Source: an uncultured bacterium (GTDB lineage: Bacteria > Krumholzibacteriota > Krumholzibacteriia > LZORAL124-64-63). Taken from it: a DNA stretch of 64,000 nt. The notes beneath the pieces were generated by a model. The model was not told the origin of the DNA. It did not search any database and worked only from the letters and a program-made list of their open reading frames with translations. Shown piece after piece: positions 21,927 through 30,991 of this stretch. Each line of letters starts with the position of its first letter. Within the stretch, counting starts at the first letter, position 1. Location: positions 1,536,001-1,600,000 of the forward strand of contig CAVSGO010000007.1 of NCBI GenBank assembly GCA_963727525.1, in the 5' to 3' direction. The position numbers and the translations under genes were made by a program.

Positions 21927-23339
21927 CTACTCCACGAAATCCCAGCCCTTGTCGAAGGCCGTCATATTGAGGTCGATGAGATCCTTCTTCTTCACGATGA
22001 CGCGTAGGGTATCCTTCACATAATCGCGATCGAAGATGCCCGTGGCCTTACAGAGTGCGCCGAGCATCACGACGTTGGCCACCTTCGGCGTACCCACCGC
22101 ATCGGCGATCTCCGCCGCGGGGATATTCACCACGTGCCGGCGCGATGTGTCCGGCCGCGAGGTGCAGATGGAACTGTCGACGAGGATCCAGCCGCCGTCG
22201 ACCACCTGATCCTCGAAGGCCTCGAGGGACGGCTGGTTCATCACGACCAGCACATTCGGGTTCTCTACCGTGGGGGCGCCGATCCGCTTGGCGCAGATGT
22301 TCACCGAGCAGTTCGCCGTGCCGCCGCGCATCTCCGGACCGTACGCAGGGAACCACGACACCTGGTGCCCCGCCTTCATGCCGATCTGCGACAGGAAGAG
22401 CCCCAGGGTGAGGATCCCCTGGCCGCCGAAGCCGGCGAACTTGCAGTGCAGGTCGTGATCGAGGGACACCGGCTCGCGATCGAGCGGCGACTCCAGGGTC
22501 TGCAGGTAATCGTTCACCACGGCGGGATCGAAGGGCTTCGACACGCGGTCCCAGGCGCCGGCCTCGCGCTCCTCGCTGACGTCCTTGTAGACGCCCAGCG
22601 GGAAGACCTCCTCCATGGTCTTGATGAGGTAGTCGCGGGCCTCGGGCGGATCCATCTTCCAGCCCGTGGGGCAGGGCGAGAGGATCTCCACGAAGCTGTA
22701 GCCTTTGCCCTCCATCTGCAGCTTGAGCGCCTTGCGGATGGCCTGGCGTGTCTGCATGATCTGCTTGCTGCTGCCCAGGGCCACGCGCGTGATGAACGTG
22801 GGTGCGGGCAACGTGGCCAGCATCTCGGCCATGTGGATGGGGTTGCCGTGGATCGACTCGACGCGGCCCTTCGGCGTGGTCGTGGTGCGCTGGCCGATCA
22901 TCGTGGTGGGCGCCATCTGGCCGCCGGTCATGCCATAGATCGCGTTGTTGATGAAAAACACCGAGATGTTCTCGCCGCGATTGGCGGCGTGGATGGTCTC
23001 GGCGGTGCCGATGGCGGCGAGGTCGCCGTCACCCTGGTAGCTCATCACGATGGCCTCGGGATTGACCCGCTTGACCCCCGTGGCCACCGCCGGCGCGCGG
23101 CCATGGGCAGCCTGGAAGTTGCCGCTGTTGAAGTAGTAGTAGCCGAAGACCGAGCAGCCCACGGGGCTGACAAAGACGGAGCGCTCGGAGATGCCGAGAT
23201 CCTCGAGGGCTTCGGCGATCATCTTGTGCACGTTGCCGTGGCCACAGCCCGGGCAGTAGTGCGTGGTCTTCTTGCTCCCGGCCGTCTTGCGTTCGAACTC
23301 GCTGTAGAGTCCTGGCGATTTCTCGTAGACCTTGGCCAT
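21927..23339 (-). CDS. 2-oxoacid:ferredoxin oxidoreductase, fused beta (TPP-binding) and gamma subunits
   Basis: HYCPGCGHG, GDGD...NNAIYGMTGGQMAPTT, then AGFGGQG, PAYGPEMRGGTA, NVVMLGA; ATGA overlap with the alpha gene. Confidence 0.92.
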   Translation of the reverse strand: MAKVYEKSPGLYSEFERKTAGSKKTTHYCPGCGHGNVHKMIAEALEDLGISERSVFVSPVGCSVFGYYYFNSGNFQAAHGRAPAVATGVKRVNPEAIVMSYQGDGDLAAIGTAETIHAANRGENISVFFINNAIYGMTGGQMAPTTMIGQRTTTTPKGRVESIHGNPIHMAEMLATLPAPTFITRVALGSSKQIMQTRQAIRKALKLQMEGKGYSFVEILSPCPTGWKMDPPEARDYLIKTMEEVFPLGVYKDVSEEREAGAWDRVSKPFDPAVVNDYLQTLESPLDREPVSLDHDLHCKFAGFGGQGILTLGLFLSQIGMKAGHQVSWFPAYGPEMRGGTANCSVNICAKRIGAPTVENPNVLVVMNQPSLEAFEDQVVDGGWILVDSSICTSRPDTSRRHVVNIPAAEIADAVGTPKVANVVMLGALCKATGIFDRDYVKDTLRVIVKKKDLIDLNMTAFDKGWDFVE

Positions 23340-24421
23340 CAGCGTGCACCTCCTGCCGCGAGGGTCCCCGACTCCGAAAGGATCTTCTCGTACTGCGCGA
23401 CAATTTCCTGGCCACCAGGCACCATGCCGCCGCAGCGGCCGTAGAAGTGCACCGGGCACCGACCCGCGACGGCGAGCCGCACGTCCTCCACCATCTGGCC
23501 GGTGCTCAGCTCGATGGCCAGCAGGTGTTTCACACGCCTCGCGAGCGCCGCGATGGCCTCGCTGGGGAACGGCCACACGGTGATCGGCCGCAGCAGGCCG
23601 ACTTTCAACCCATTCTCGCGCGCCTGGTCGATCGTCGAGTAGACGATGCGGGAGACGACACCGTAGGCAACGACGACGAGGTCGGCATCCTCGGTGAGGT
23701 ACTCCTCGTACCGCACCTCGTCCTTCATGATCTGCTGGTACTTGCGGTCGAGCGCGAGATTGTGCTGCTCGAGCTCCTCGGGTTCGAGGAAGATCGAACT
23801 GATCAGGTTCTGGCGCGTCGCTGCGTTGCCGCGTACCGCCCAGCTCGAGTGGTCGAAGGTCGCCGCCGCGGCCCGGGGAATCTCCACGACCTCCATCATC
23901 TGGCCGGTGATGCCGTCGGCCATGACACAGGCGGGGTTGCGGTAGCGGTCGGCGAGTTCGAAAGCGAGCATCGTCAGGTCGCACATCTCCTGGGCACCAT
24001 TGGGCGCCACGGTGATGAGACGGTAGTTGCCGTGGCCACCGCCCTTGGTGATCTGGAAGTAGTCGCCCTGTTCCGGCGCGATGTTGCCCAGGCCGGGACC
24101 GCCACGCATGATGTTCACGACAACGCAGGGCAGCTCGGCGCCGGCGATGTAGCTGAGACCTTCCTGCTTGAGGCTGAAGCCGGGGCTGGATGAGGCGGTC
24201 ATCGTGCGGATGCCCATGCCGGCGGTGCCGTACACCATGTTGATGGCGGCCACCTCGCTCTCGGCCTGGATGAACACACCGCCGAGGTTGGGAAAGTGCA
24301 GTGCGGCGGCCTGGGCGATCTCGCTGGCCGGTGTGATCGGATAGCCGTAGTACGCGCGGCAACCCGCGGCGAGGGCGCCGACGATGATGGCATCATTGCC
24401 CTTCATGAACTGTCTGGCCAT
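23339..24421 (-). CDS. vorB: 2-oxoisovalerate (Vor-type) oxidoreductase alpha subunit
   Basis: MKGNDA, GYPITPASE, QAESEVAA, TASSSPGFSLKQE, RGGPGLGNIAPEQGDY, GGGHGNY. Confidence 0.88.
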   Translation of the reverse strand: MARQFMKGNDAIIVGALAAGCRAYYGYPITPASEIAQAAALHFPNLGGVFIQAESEVAAINMVYGTAGMGIRTMTASSSPGFSLKQEGLSYIAGAELPCVVVNIMRGGPGLGNIAPEQGDYFQITKGGGHGNYRLITVAPNGAQEMCDLTMLAFELADRYRNPACVMADGITGQMMEVVEIPRAAAATFDHSSWAVRGNAATRQNLISSIFLEPEELEQHNLALDRKYQQIMKDEVRYEEYLTEDADLVVVAYGVVSRIVYSTIDQARENGLKVGLLRPITVWPFPSEAIAALARRVKHLLAIELSTGQMVEDVRLAVAGRCPVHFYGRCGGMVPGGQEIVAQYEKILSESGTLAAGGAR

Positions 24422-24438
24422 GGTCGGACCCCCGATGG

Positions 24439-24660
24439 CTAAGGTTTGACGACCCGGATGGCGCCCGGCTCCGGGCAGGCGTAGAAGCAGAGGCCGCACC
24501 CGGTGCAGCCGTCCCCCAGGTAGTAGGCAGGGTGGTAACTCGAACTGTTGAGCTTGTCACTGATGGCGATGACACCCTTGGGGCAGACATCGATACAGAG
24601 CTGACAGCCTTTGCACAGTTCGGGATCGACTTCGAGGTACGGTTTCGGTGTTGTCGGCAT
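24439..24660 (-). CDS. 2x[4Fe-4S] ferredoxin (delta subunit)
   Basis: [12 protein letters not shown] and [14 protein letters not shown]. Confidence 0.92.
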   Translation of the reverse strand: MPTTPKPYLEVDPELCKGCQLCIDVCPKGVIAISDKLNSSSYHPAYYLGDGCTGCGLCFYACPEPGAIRVVKP

Positions 24661-24775
24661 GGGATTCACCTCGGGGCGGAAGGACCACGGAAGTGCCAGC
24701 CAACCAAACATAATCGCTGGTCTGGGGCGGAGAAAGAAATGAATGCCCGCTGAAAACGGGGTTCAGGAAGCGTGG

Positions 24776-25558
24776 TCAAGCATCGCGGAATGCCGGCGGA
24801 CGCTTCTCGAGGAAGGCCACGCAACCCTCGCTCGCATCGGCGCTCCCGCATACCACACCGAACAGCGCCGCCTCGAGACGGCAGCCTCCGTCGGGCGGGA
24901 GATTGGCGCCCTCGGACACGGCCTTGAGCGCACCGCGCACGCTGACCCGCGAGCGGCTGGCGATCGTGCCGGCCACCTTGTGCACCGCCTCCAACAACTC
25001 CGCCGCCGGCACGACCTTCTCCACCAGACCGAGCTGAAACGCCTCGGCCGCGGTGAGCTGGGCGCCGGTCAGGATCAGTTCGGCCGCCTTGCCCCGCCCG
25101 ACCAGGCGCGGCAGGCGCTGCGTCCCGCCGAATCCGGGGATCAGGCCCAGCGTGCATTCGGGCAGCCCGAGTCGGGCCTGATCGCTCGCGTAGCGGAAGG
25201 TGCAGGACATGGCCAGCTCGAGCCCTCCGCCCAGCGCGTAGCCGTTGATGGCCGCGATCACGGGCTTGCCCAGATTCTCGAGCCGCCACATGAGCTGCTG
25301 CCCCCGCGTGGCGTAGCGCTCGGCGCCGGGCGCGTCGAGGTCCCTGAGCTCGGTGATGTCGGCACCGGCCACGAAGGCCTTCTCGCCGGCGCCCGTCAGG
25401 ATCACGACCCGAACCTCGGTGTCGTCCGCGACGCTCCCGACAGCCTCGTGCAGCTCCTCGATGGTGCGGGTATTCAGCGCATTCAGGCGGGCAGGGCGAT
25501 CGATCGTGAGCGTGGCCACGCCATCGGCGACCGACAGGTTGATCTCCTGATATGCCAT
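24776..25558 (-). CDS. crt: Enoyl-CoA hydratase (crotonase)
   Basis: AFVAGADI, AAINGYALGGGLELAM, LPE...PGFGGTQRLPRLVG. Confidence 0.9.
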   Translation of the reverse strand: MAYQEINLSVADGVATLTIDRPARLNALNTRTIEELHEAVGSVADDTEVRVVILTGAGEKAFVAGADITELRDLDAPGAERYATRGQQLMWRLENLGKPVIAAINGYALGGGLELAMSCTFRYASDQARLGLPECTLGLIPGFGGTQRLPRLVGRGKAAELILTGAQLTAAEAFQLGLVEKVVPAAELLEAVHKVAGTIASRSRVSVRGALKAVSEGANLPPDGGCRLEAALFGVVCGSADASEGCVAFLEKRPPAFRDA

Positions 25559-25648
25559 GAGTTTCCTCCCGGAGGGGGTCAGACCAGGGCCGACGACGGG
25601 CCACCGCGATCCGGAACACTCTAGCGTACCCGGATTCACTTCGCACTT

Positions 25649-25680
25649 TCGTTCTGCTAGCCACATCGTTCTGCTAGCCA
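25649..25680. repeat. 15-bp perfect direct repeat (17-bp period) in a divergent promoter region
   Basis: TCGTTCTGCTAGCCA at 25649-25663 and 25666-25680. Confidence 0.9.
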
Positions 25681-25751
25681 GGGGCACCGGCATTGATGTA
25701 CATTTACGGTCTGGATTGGAATTCGCCCGCCCCCACCCGAAAGCCGGTGCG

Positions 25752-27140
25752 ATGTTCGCTGGGGTCTCGAACGCGTGGCTGCTGGTTCCGGTCGCGTTTG
25801 CCGCAGGCTTCGGCGTCGCGCTCCTGGTCGCGTCGCGCCGACGTCGGCGCCAGCACGCGCGGCTGGAAGCTCAGACCGACTCGCTGCGCGAGCAGCTCCA
25901 GCGCGCTCAGCGCATGGAGGCACTGGGCATTCTCGCCAGCAGCATCGTGCACAACCTCAACAACCTGCTCACCGCCATCCTCGGCCACGCGCGGCTCGCC
26001 ATGGACGATCTCGACCGCCGGCATCCCGCGCAGCGCAGCCTCGAGCAGGTGGTGCGCGCCGGTCAGACCGCTGGCGAACTGACACGCGAGATCCTCGATT
26101 TCGAACACACGACGGATTCCGAGCGCCGCCCGGAGCGCCTGCAGGCGGTGGTCAACGACACCGTGAAATTGCTGCGCGATCTGCTGCCGGGATCGGTGGA
26201 GTTACGAACCGAACTCGATCCCGCCTGTGGACCAGTGCTCGCGAGCACGTCGCAGGTGCAGCAGGTCTTGCTGAGCCTTTGCAGCAACGCCTACCACTCG
26301 ATGCACCGCCACCGCGGCACCGTGACCATCGCCCTGTCGAACGCCGAGATCACCGAGACGCGTGAGGCCGTGCCGCAGCCGCTGGCGCCGGGCATGTACG
26401 TGCGTCTGTCCATTCTGGACGACGGGCGCGGCATGGACGCCCAGACGCTGGAGCGGATCTTCGAACCCTACTTCTCCGGACGTGAGCCGCGGCGCGGCGC
26501 GGGGCTCGGCCTGACCACCGTCAAGCGCATCCTCGCCGCGCACGACGGCGCCGCCATCTCGCAGAGCCAGCCGGGCCATGGAACGCGGTTCGATATCTAC
26601 TTCCCGGTGGTCGTACGCGAGGTGCAGCGAGGCGACGCCGCGACCGGCGCGCCGCCGGCGGGGGTGGAATCCGGGCCGGTCGACCTTCCGGCACCCCGTC
26701 AGCGGCGACGCGGCTCATTGCATGCCCGGCGCGCGCCGGGCACGCCGGTGCGGGTGCTCCTGGTCGACGACGAGATTCTCGTGGCGGGAATGCTGCGCAC
26801 CGGACTCGAACGGCTGGGATACCAGGTCACGAGCCGGGCGGGCGGGCCGCAGGCACTCGCCACCTTCGTCGAGAATCCGGACGCTTTCGACGTGCTCGTG
26901 TCCGACCAGATCATGCGCGGACTCTCGGGCGAGCACCTGGCGCGAGAGATCGTCGCCCTGCGTCCGGGCCTGCCCGTGATCCTGATCACCGGTTTCCGCG
27001 ACAGTGTCGAGGTGGATCATGCGCAGGCCAACGGCATCAACGAGGTCCTGGAGAAGCCACTGAGTCATCACGACCTGGCAGCCGCGATCGAGCGCGTCCT
27101 GGCGGATTCGGCCCGACGCGAGCTCGAAGATCGCGCCTGA
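25752..27140 (+). CDS. Hybrid histidine kinase/receiver protein (CckA-like), single TM, atypical H-box
   Basis: QRMEALGILASSIVHNLNNLL, DDGRGMD, IFEPYF, GAGLGL; receiver LLVDDE...SDQIM...ITG...EKP. Confidence 0.88.
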   Translation: MFAGVSNAWLLVPVAFAAGFGVALLVASRRRRRQHARLEAQTDSLREQLQRAQRMEALGILASSIVHNLNNLLTAILGHARLAMDDLDRRHPAQRSLEQVVRAGQTAGELTREILDFEHTTDSERRPERLQAVVNDTVKLLRDLLPGSVELRTELDPACGPVLASTSQVQQVLLSLCSNAYHSMHRHRGTVTIALSNAEITETREAVPQPLAPGMYVRLSILDDGRGMDAQTLERIFEPYFSGREPRRGAGLGLTTVKRILAAHDGAAISQSQPGHGTRFDIYFPVVVREVQRGDAATGAPPAGVESGPVDLPAPRQRRRGSLHARRAPGTPVRVLLVDDEILVAGMLRTGLERLGYQVTSRAGGPQALATFVENPDAFDVLVSDQIMRGLSGEHLAREIVALRPGLPVILITGFRDSVEVDHAQANGINEVLEKPLSHHDLAAAIERVLADSARRELEDRA

Positions 27141-27142
27141 CC

Positions 27143-28273
27143 CTACTTCAGCACGAACACCGAGAGGAAGACACCGGCCGCCACGGCCGAGCCGATCACG
27201 CCGGCCACGTTGGGCGCCATGGCGTGCATGATCAGGAAGTTCTGCGGATCCTCCCGCGCACCTACCATCTGACATACCCGTGCCGAGTCGGGCACGGCCG
27301 AGACGCCGGCCGCACCGATGATCGGGTTGATCTTGTCGTGAATGAATACGTTCAGCAGCTTCGCGAAGAGCACGCCTCCAGCAGTGGCCACGGCGAAGGA
27401 CATGGCGCCGAGACCGAAGATGAGGAGCGACTGCGGCGTGAGAAAACGACTCGCATCCGTGCTCGTACCCACGCACACGCCGAGCAGGATGGTGACGATG
27501 TCGATGAGCGACGTGCGCGCGGTCTTGGCCAGGCGCTCGGTGACCCCGCTCTCCTTCAGCAGGTTGCCGAAGAAGAGGAAGCCCAGCAGCGAGATCGCGC
27601 CCGGTGCGATGCTCGCGCAGAGCACGAAGGCCACGATCGGGAAGATGATCCGCAGCCGCTTGCTCACCGGCCGCGACGGTTTCATGCGGATCAATCGTTC
27701 CTCGCGCGAGGTGAGCAGCTTGATGATCGGCGGCTGGATCACGGGTACCAGCGCCATGTAGCTATAAGCCGCCACCGCGATGGCCCCCAGCAGATGGGGC
27801 GCGAGCTGGCTAGACAGGAAGATCGCGGTGGGACCGTCGGCGCCACCGATGATGCCGATGGCGGCCGCCTCGTTCACCTCGAAGCCGAGCGCGAGCGAGC
27901 CGAGGAAGGTGGCATAGATCCCCACCTGCGCCGCGGCGCCCAGCAGGACGAGGCGTGGATTGGAAAGCATGCACGAGAAGTCGGTCATCGCACCGATGCC
28001 CAGGAAGATGAGCGACGGATACCAGCCCTGCGTGACACCCTTGTACAGTATGTTCATCACGCTGCCGTCCTCGTAGATGCCGATGTTCATCCCCGTTTGC
28101 AGCGGGATGTTGCCGATGAGCATCCCGAAGCCGATCGGCACCAGGAGCAGGGGCTCGTAATCCTTGGCCACGCCGAGGTAGATGAAGAAGCAGCCCACGG
28201 CCAGCATGGCCATGTTGCCCCACGAGAAGTTGCCGACGATGCCGACCTGCAGAAAGCTCCATAATGCATCCAT
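27143..28273 (-). CDS. mmdB: Na+-translocating decarboxylase beta subunit
   Basis: EPLLLVPIGFG, GIIGGADGPTAI, YSYMALVP, IGAAGVSAVPDSAR, AMAPNVAG. Confidence 0.93.
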   Translation of the reverse strand: MDALWSFLQVGIVGNFSWGNMAMLAVGCFFIYLGVAKDYEPLLLVPIGFGMLIGNIPLQTGMNIGIYEDGSVMNILYKGVTQGWYPSLIFLGIGAMTDFSCMLSNPRLVLLGAAAQVGIYATFLGSLALGFEVNEAAAIGIIGGADGPTAIFLSSQLAPHLLGAIAVAAYSYMALVPVIQPPIIKLLTSREERLIRMKPSRPVSKRLRIIFPIVAFVLCASIAPGAISLLGFLFFGNLLKESGVTERLAKTARTSLIDIVTILLGVCVGTSTDASRFLTPQSLLIFGLGAMSFAVATAGGVLFAKLLNVFIHDKINPIIGAAGVSAVPDSARVCQMVGAREDPQNFLIMHAMAPNVAGVIGSAVAAGVFLSVFVLK

Positions 28274-28284
28274 ATTCGTGCCGC

Positions 28285-28683
28285 CTACGCGAACTCGACG
28301 AGGATCTGATTCTCGCGAACGCTGTCGCCCACAGCGACCGGAATGGCCTTGATCTTGCCCGCGCTCGGTGCGGCGATGGCGGTCTCCATCTTCATGGCCT
28401 CGATGACCACGAGCGCCTGGTTGGCAGCGACCTCGTCACCAACCTTGCAGCGAATCTCCAGCACCGTACCCGCGATGGGCGACACGACACCGTTCTCGGC
28501 GCCGGCGGCCATGGGCGCGGCGGACGCGCGGCGCGGCGCGGCCGACGGCGCCAGGCCGGGCGCCGCCGTGGCCGTCGGTCGGGCGACGGGCGGCAGCGGG
28601 CTGCCGAGAAATTCCGTATCGGCGTCGAGGACCTCGACGTCCACCTCGTAGGCCACGCCATGCACGGTGATCTTGAGCTTCAT
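28285..28683 (-). CDS. mmdC: Biotin carrier subunit of the decarboxylase
   Basis: MKLKITVHGVAYEVDVE, Ala/Pro linker, EAMKME biotinylation site. Confidence 0.9.
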   Translation of the reverse strand: MKLKITVHGVAYEVDVEVLDADTEFLGSPLPPVARPTATAAPGLAPSAAPRRASAAPMAAGAENGVVSPIAGTVLEIRCKVGDEVAANQALVVIEAMKMETAIAAPSAGKIKAIPVAVGDSVRENQILVEFA

Positions 28684-28741
28684 GACATACTCCCGTTGCG
28701 GGTGAAGCGGCTCCGATCGCCACATACCCGGATGCTGGCCA

Positions 28742-29110
28742 TCAACCTGAACGTTTGCGATCGATCGTATGCGAACCCTGGAGAATGAGCCGCCCCTGGG
28801 CCGACCACGGCGTCCGCTGCACGCGCGGCGACAGCAGACGTCGGATCTTGCGAATCCTGTGACGACCGGTGATCACGGTGGCTACCGCGGCGCTGATGAG
28901 CACGACCGTGGTCGTGTCGATCGTGGCTTGCTTGTGCAGCGCCTCGGCCAGGTTGCGTTCCTCGGTGCGCTGCCAGCGATCGTCGAGCTTGCGCAGCAGG
29001 CCGACGACGGTGGCGATCAGGAACAGCACGAAGAAGACGACCAGCAGTCCGATCGCCGAGAGCGCGATCGTGTCCGCGTGGATACCGCCCGCCATGGCAT
29101 GGCCCGTCAT
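28742..29110 (-). CDS. mmdD: OadG/MmdD-type membrane anchor subunit
   Basis: N-terminal TM (IGLLVVFFVLFLIA), VVLISAAVA, W-SAQGR tail; lies between the carboxyltransferase and biotin carrier genes. Confidence 0.75.
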   Translation of the reverse strand: MTGHAMAGGIHADTIALSAIGLLVVFFVLFLIATVVGLLRKLDDRWQRTEERNLAEALHKQATIDTTTVVLISAAVATVITGRHRIRKIRRLLSPRVQRTPWSAQGRLILQGSHTIDRKRSG

Positions 29111-29130
29111 GGTCGTCTCACTTCCCGTAT

Positions 29131-30681
29131 TTAAAGGGGGATGAGGCCGTGCTTCTTCGCCGGCCGCAGCTCGCGCTTCGACTTGAGCACCTCGAGCGAC
29201 TGGGCCAGGTAGGCGCGCGTCTCGGCGGGCTCGATCACATCGTCGACCATGCCGCGTCCCGCCGCCACGTAGGGATTCGCGAAGGTTTCGGTGTACTCCT
29301 TGATGAGCCGCGCGCGCATCTCCGCCGGATCCTCCGCCTCCTCGATCTCTCGGCGATAAAGCACGTTCACCGCACCGTCGGCGCCCATGACGGCGATCTC
29401 GCCGGTCGGCCACACAGCGACGCGATCGGCCCCCATGCTCTTGCCGCACATCGCCAGGTAGGCGCCGCCGTAGGCCTTGCGCGTGACGACGGTGAGCTTG
29501 GGCACCGTGGTGGCGCCGTAGGCAAACAGCATCTTCGCGCCATGCCGGATGATGCCACCGTACTCCTGCTGCACGCCGGGCATGAAGCCGGGCACGTCGA
29601 CGAAGGTGATGATCGGGATGTTGAACGCGTTGCAGAAGCGGATGAAACGAGCCGCCTTGCAGCTCGAGTCGATGTCGAGAACGCCCGCCTTGAATTGGGG
29701 ATTGTTCGCCACCACTCCCACCGTGGAACCCTCGATGCGCCCGAAGCCAATGATGATGTTGGGCGCAAAATCGCGCTGGATCTCGAGGAAGTCGGCGCCG
29801 TCCATGACGCCGGTGACGACGGCGTGCATGTCGTAGGCCTCGCGCGGATTGTCCGGCACGATGTCGTTGAGGAAGGCCAGGTCGCCCACCATCTCCTCGT
29901 GCATCTCGGGCAGGAACGGCGGGTCGGCGGTGTTGTTGCTCGGCAGAAAACTGAGCAGTCGCTTGCAGATCTCGAAGGCCTCGGCCTCGGTCTGGGCCAC
30001 GAAATGCGTCACGCCCGAGTAGCGCGCGTGGCTGGCGGCGCCACCGAGTTCCTCGGCCGACACCTTCTCGCCGGTGACCTGCTCGATGACCTTGGGTCCG
30101 GTGATGAACATCTGACCGATACCCTGGACCTGGATCACGAAATCCGTGAGCGCCGGCGAGTACACGGCGCCGCCGGCGCAGGGCCCGGCGATGATGCACA
30201 CCTGGGGCACCACCCCGGACAGAGCCACGTTGCGGTAGAAGATGCCGCCATAACCCGCCAGCGAGTCGACGCCTTCCTGGATGCGGGCGCCGCCCGAGTC
30301 GTTGACGAAGATGAACGGATCGCCCGTACGCAGCGCCTGATCCATGACCTCGCAGATCTTCTTGGCCGTGGCCTCGCCCACCGCGCCCCCGGCGACCGTG
30401 AAGTCCTGGCTGGCGGCATACACCGGACGCCCGTCCACGAGGCCGAAACCCGTGACCACGCCCTCGCCGGGAAACTCCACCTCCTGGAGCCCGAAATGCG
30501 TGCTACGATGCTTCATGAAGAGTTGCAGTTCCTGGAAGGAGTCGCCGTCATAGAGCAGCGCCAGACGTTCCCGCGCGGTGAGCTTGCCCTTCTCGTGCTG
30601 CTTGGCTATGCGCTTGTCGCCGCCCCCCTTGTAGAGACGACTGCGCATCTTGCGCAGGTTCTCGATCTTTTCGTTGGACAT
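29131..30681 (-). CDS. mmdA: Acyl-CoA carboxyltransferase (methylmalonyl-CoA decarboxylase alpha / PccB family)
   Basis: GKLTARER, DSGGARIQEG, GPCAGGAVYSPALTD, DVPGFMPG, KAYGGAY, KKHGLIPL. Confidence 0.9.
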   Translation of the reverse strand: MSNEKIENLRKMRSRLYKGGGDKRIAKQHEKGKLTARERLALLYDGDSFQELQLFMKHRSTHFGLQEVEFPGEGVVTGFGLVDGRPVYAASQDFTVAGGAVGEATAKKICEVMDQALRTGDPFIFVNDSGGARIQEGVDSLAGYGGIFYRNVALSGVVPQVCIIAGPCAGGAVYSPALTDFVIQVQGIGQMFITGPKVIEQVTGEKVSAEELGGAASHARYSGVTHFVAQTEAEAFEICKRLLSFLPSNNTADPPFLPEMHEEMVGDLAFLNDIVPDNPREAYDMHAVVTGVMDGADFLEIQRDFAPNIIIGFGRIEGSTVGVVANNPQFKAGVLDIDSSCKAARFIRFCNAFNIPIITFVDVPGFMPGVQQEYGGIIRHGAKMLFAYGATTVPKLTVVTRKAYGGAYLAMCGKSMGADRVAVWPTGEIAVMGADGAVNVLYRREIEEAEDPAEMRARLIKEYTETFANPYVAAGRGMVDDVIEPAETRAYLAQSLEVLKSKRELRPAKKHGLIPL

Positions 30682-30780
30682 GCTACGGCGCTCCTTCCCG
30701 GGGTCCGGCGGCGGCCGCCAGACAGTTACCGCCGGAACTGGCCCCGGCGTCGTTGCGTGATATGGGGCCCGGATCGACGT

Positions 30781-30820
30781 TTGTCAAACCGCGCGGACCC
30801 CATTGTCAAAAATTTGTCAG
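30781..30820. promoter_or_regulatory. Phased TTGTCA repeats / imperfect palindrome upstream of the mmd operon
   Basis: TTGTCA at 30781, 30803 and 30814 (22- and 11-bp spacing). Confidence 0.5.
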
Positions 30821-30991
30821 GTACGGCCGCCGTCGATCGCGACCCCCGTTCCCGGCCGACCCTGCCGCCGGGCTAGAACCAGAACACGAAGTCGAGCATC
30901 CCGAACCCGCCCCAGCCATGGGCCGAGAATGCGGAGGCGCGGCTGTGCCTAGCAACGCGGCGGGGCGCCGCAGCTCTTCCCGCCGGCCTTC

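Noticed and set aside
25682-25697. Sigma54 promoter GGCAC-N5-TTGA upstream of the hybrid kinase (also TGGCAC near 24693-24698)
   Set aside because: The -12 GC dinucleotide is missing in both.
30873-30899. Short aromatic-rich ORF MLDFVFWF upstream of mmdA as an attenuator leader peptide
   Set aside because: No clear RBS, no terminator/antiterminator pair, and no link between Phe/Trp and the downstream operon.
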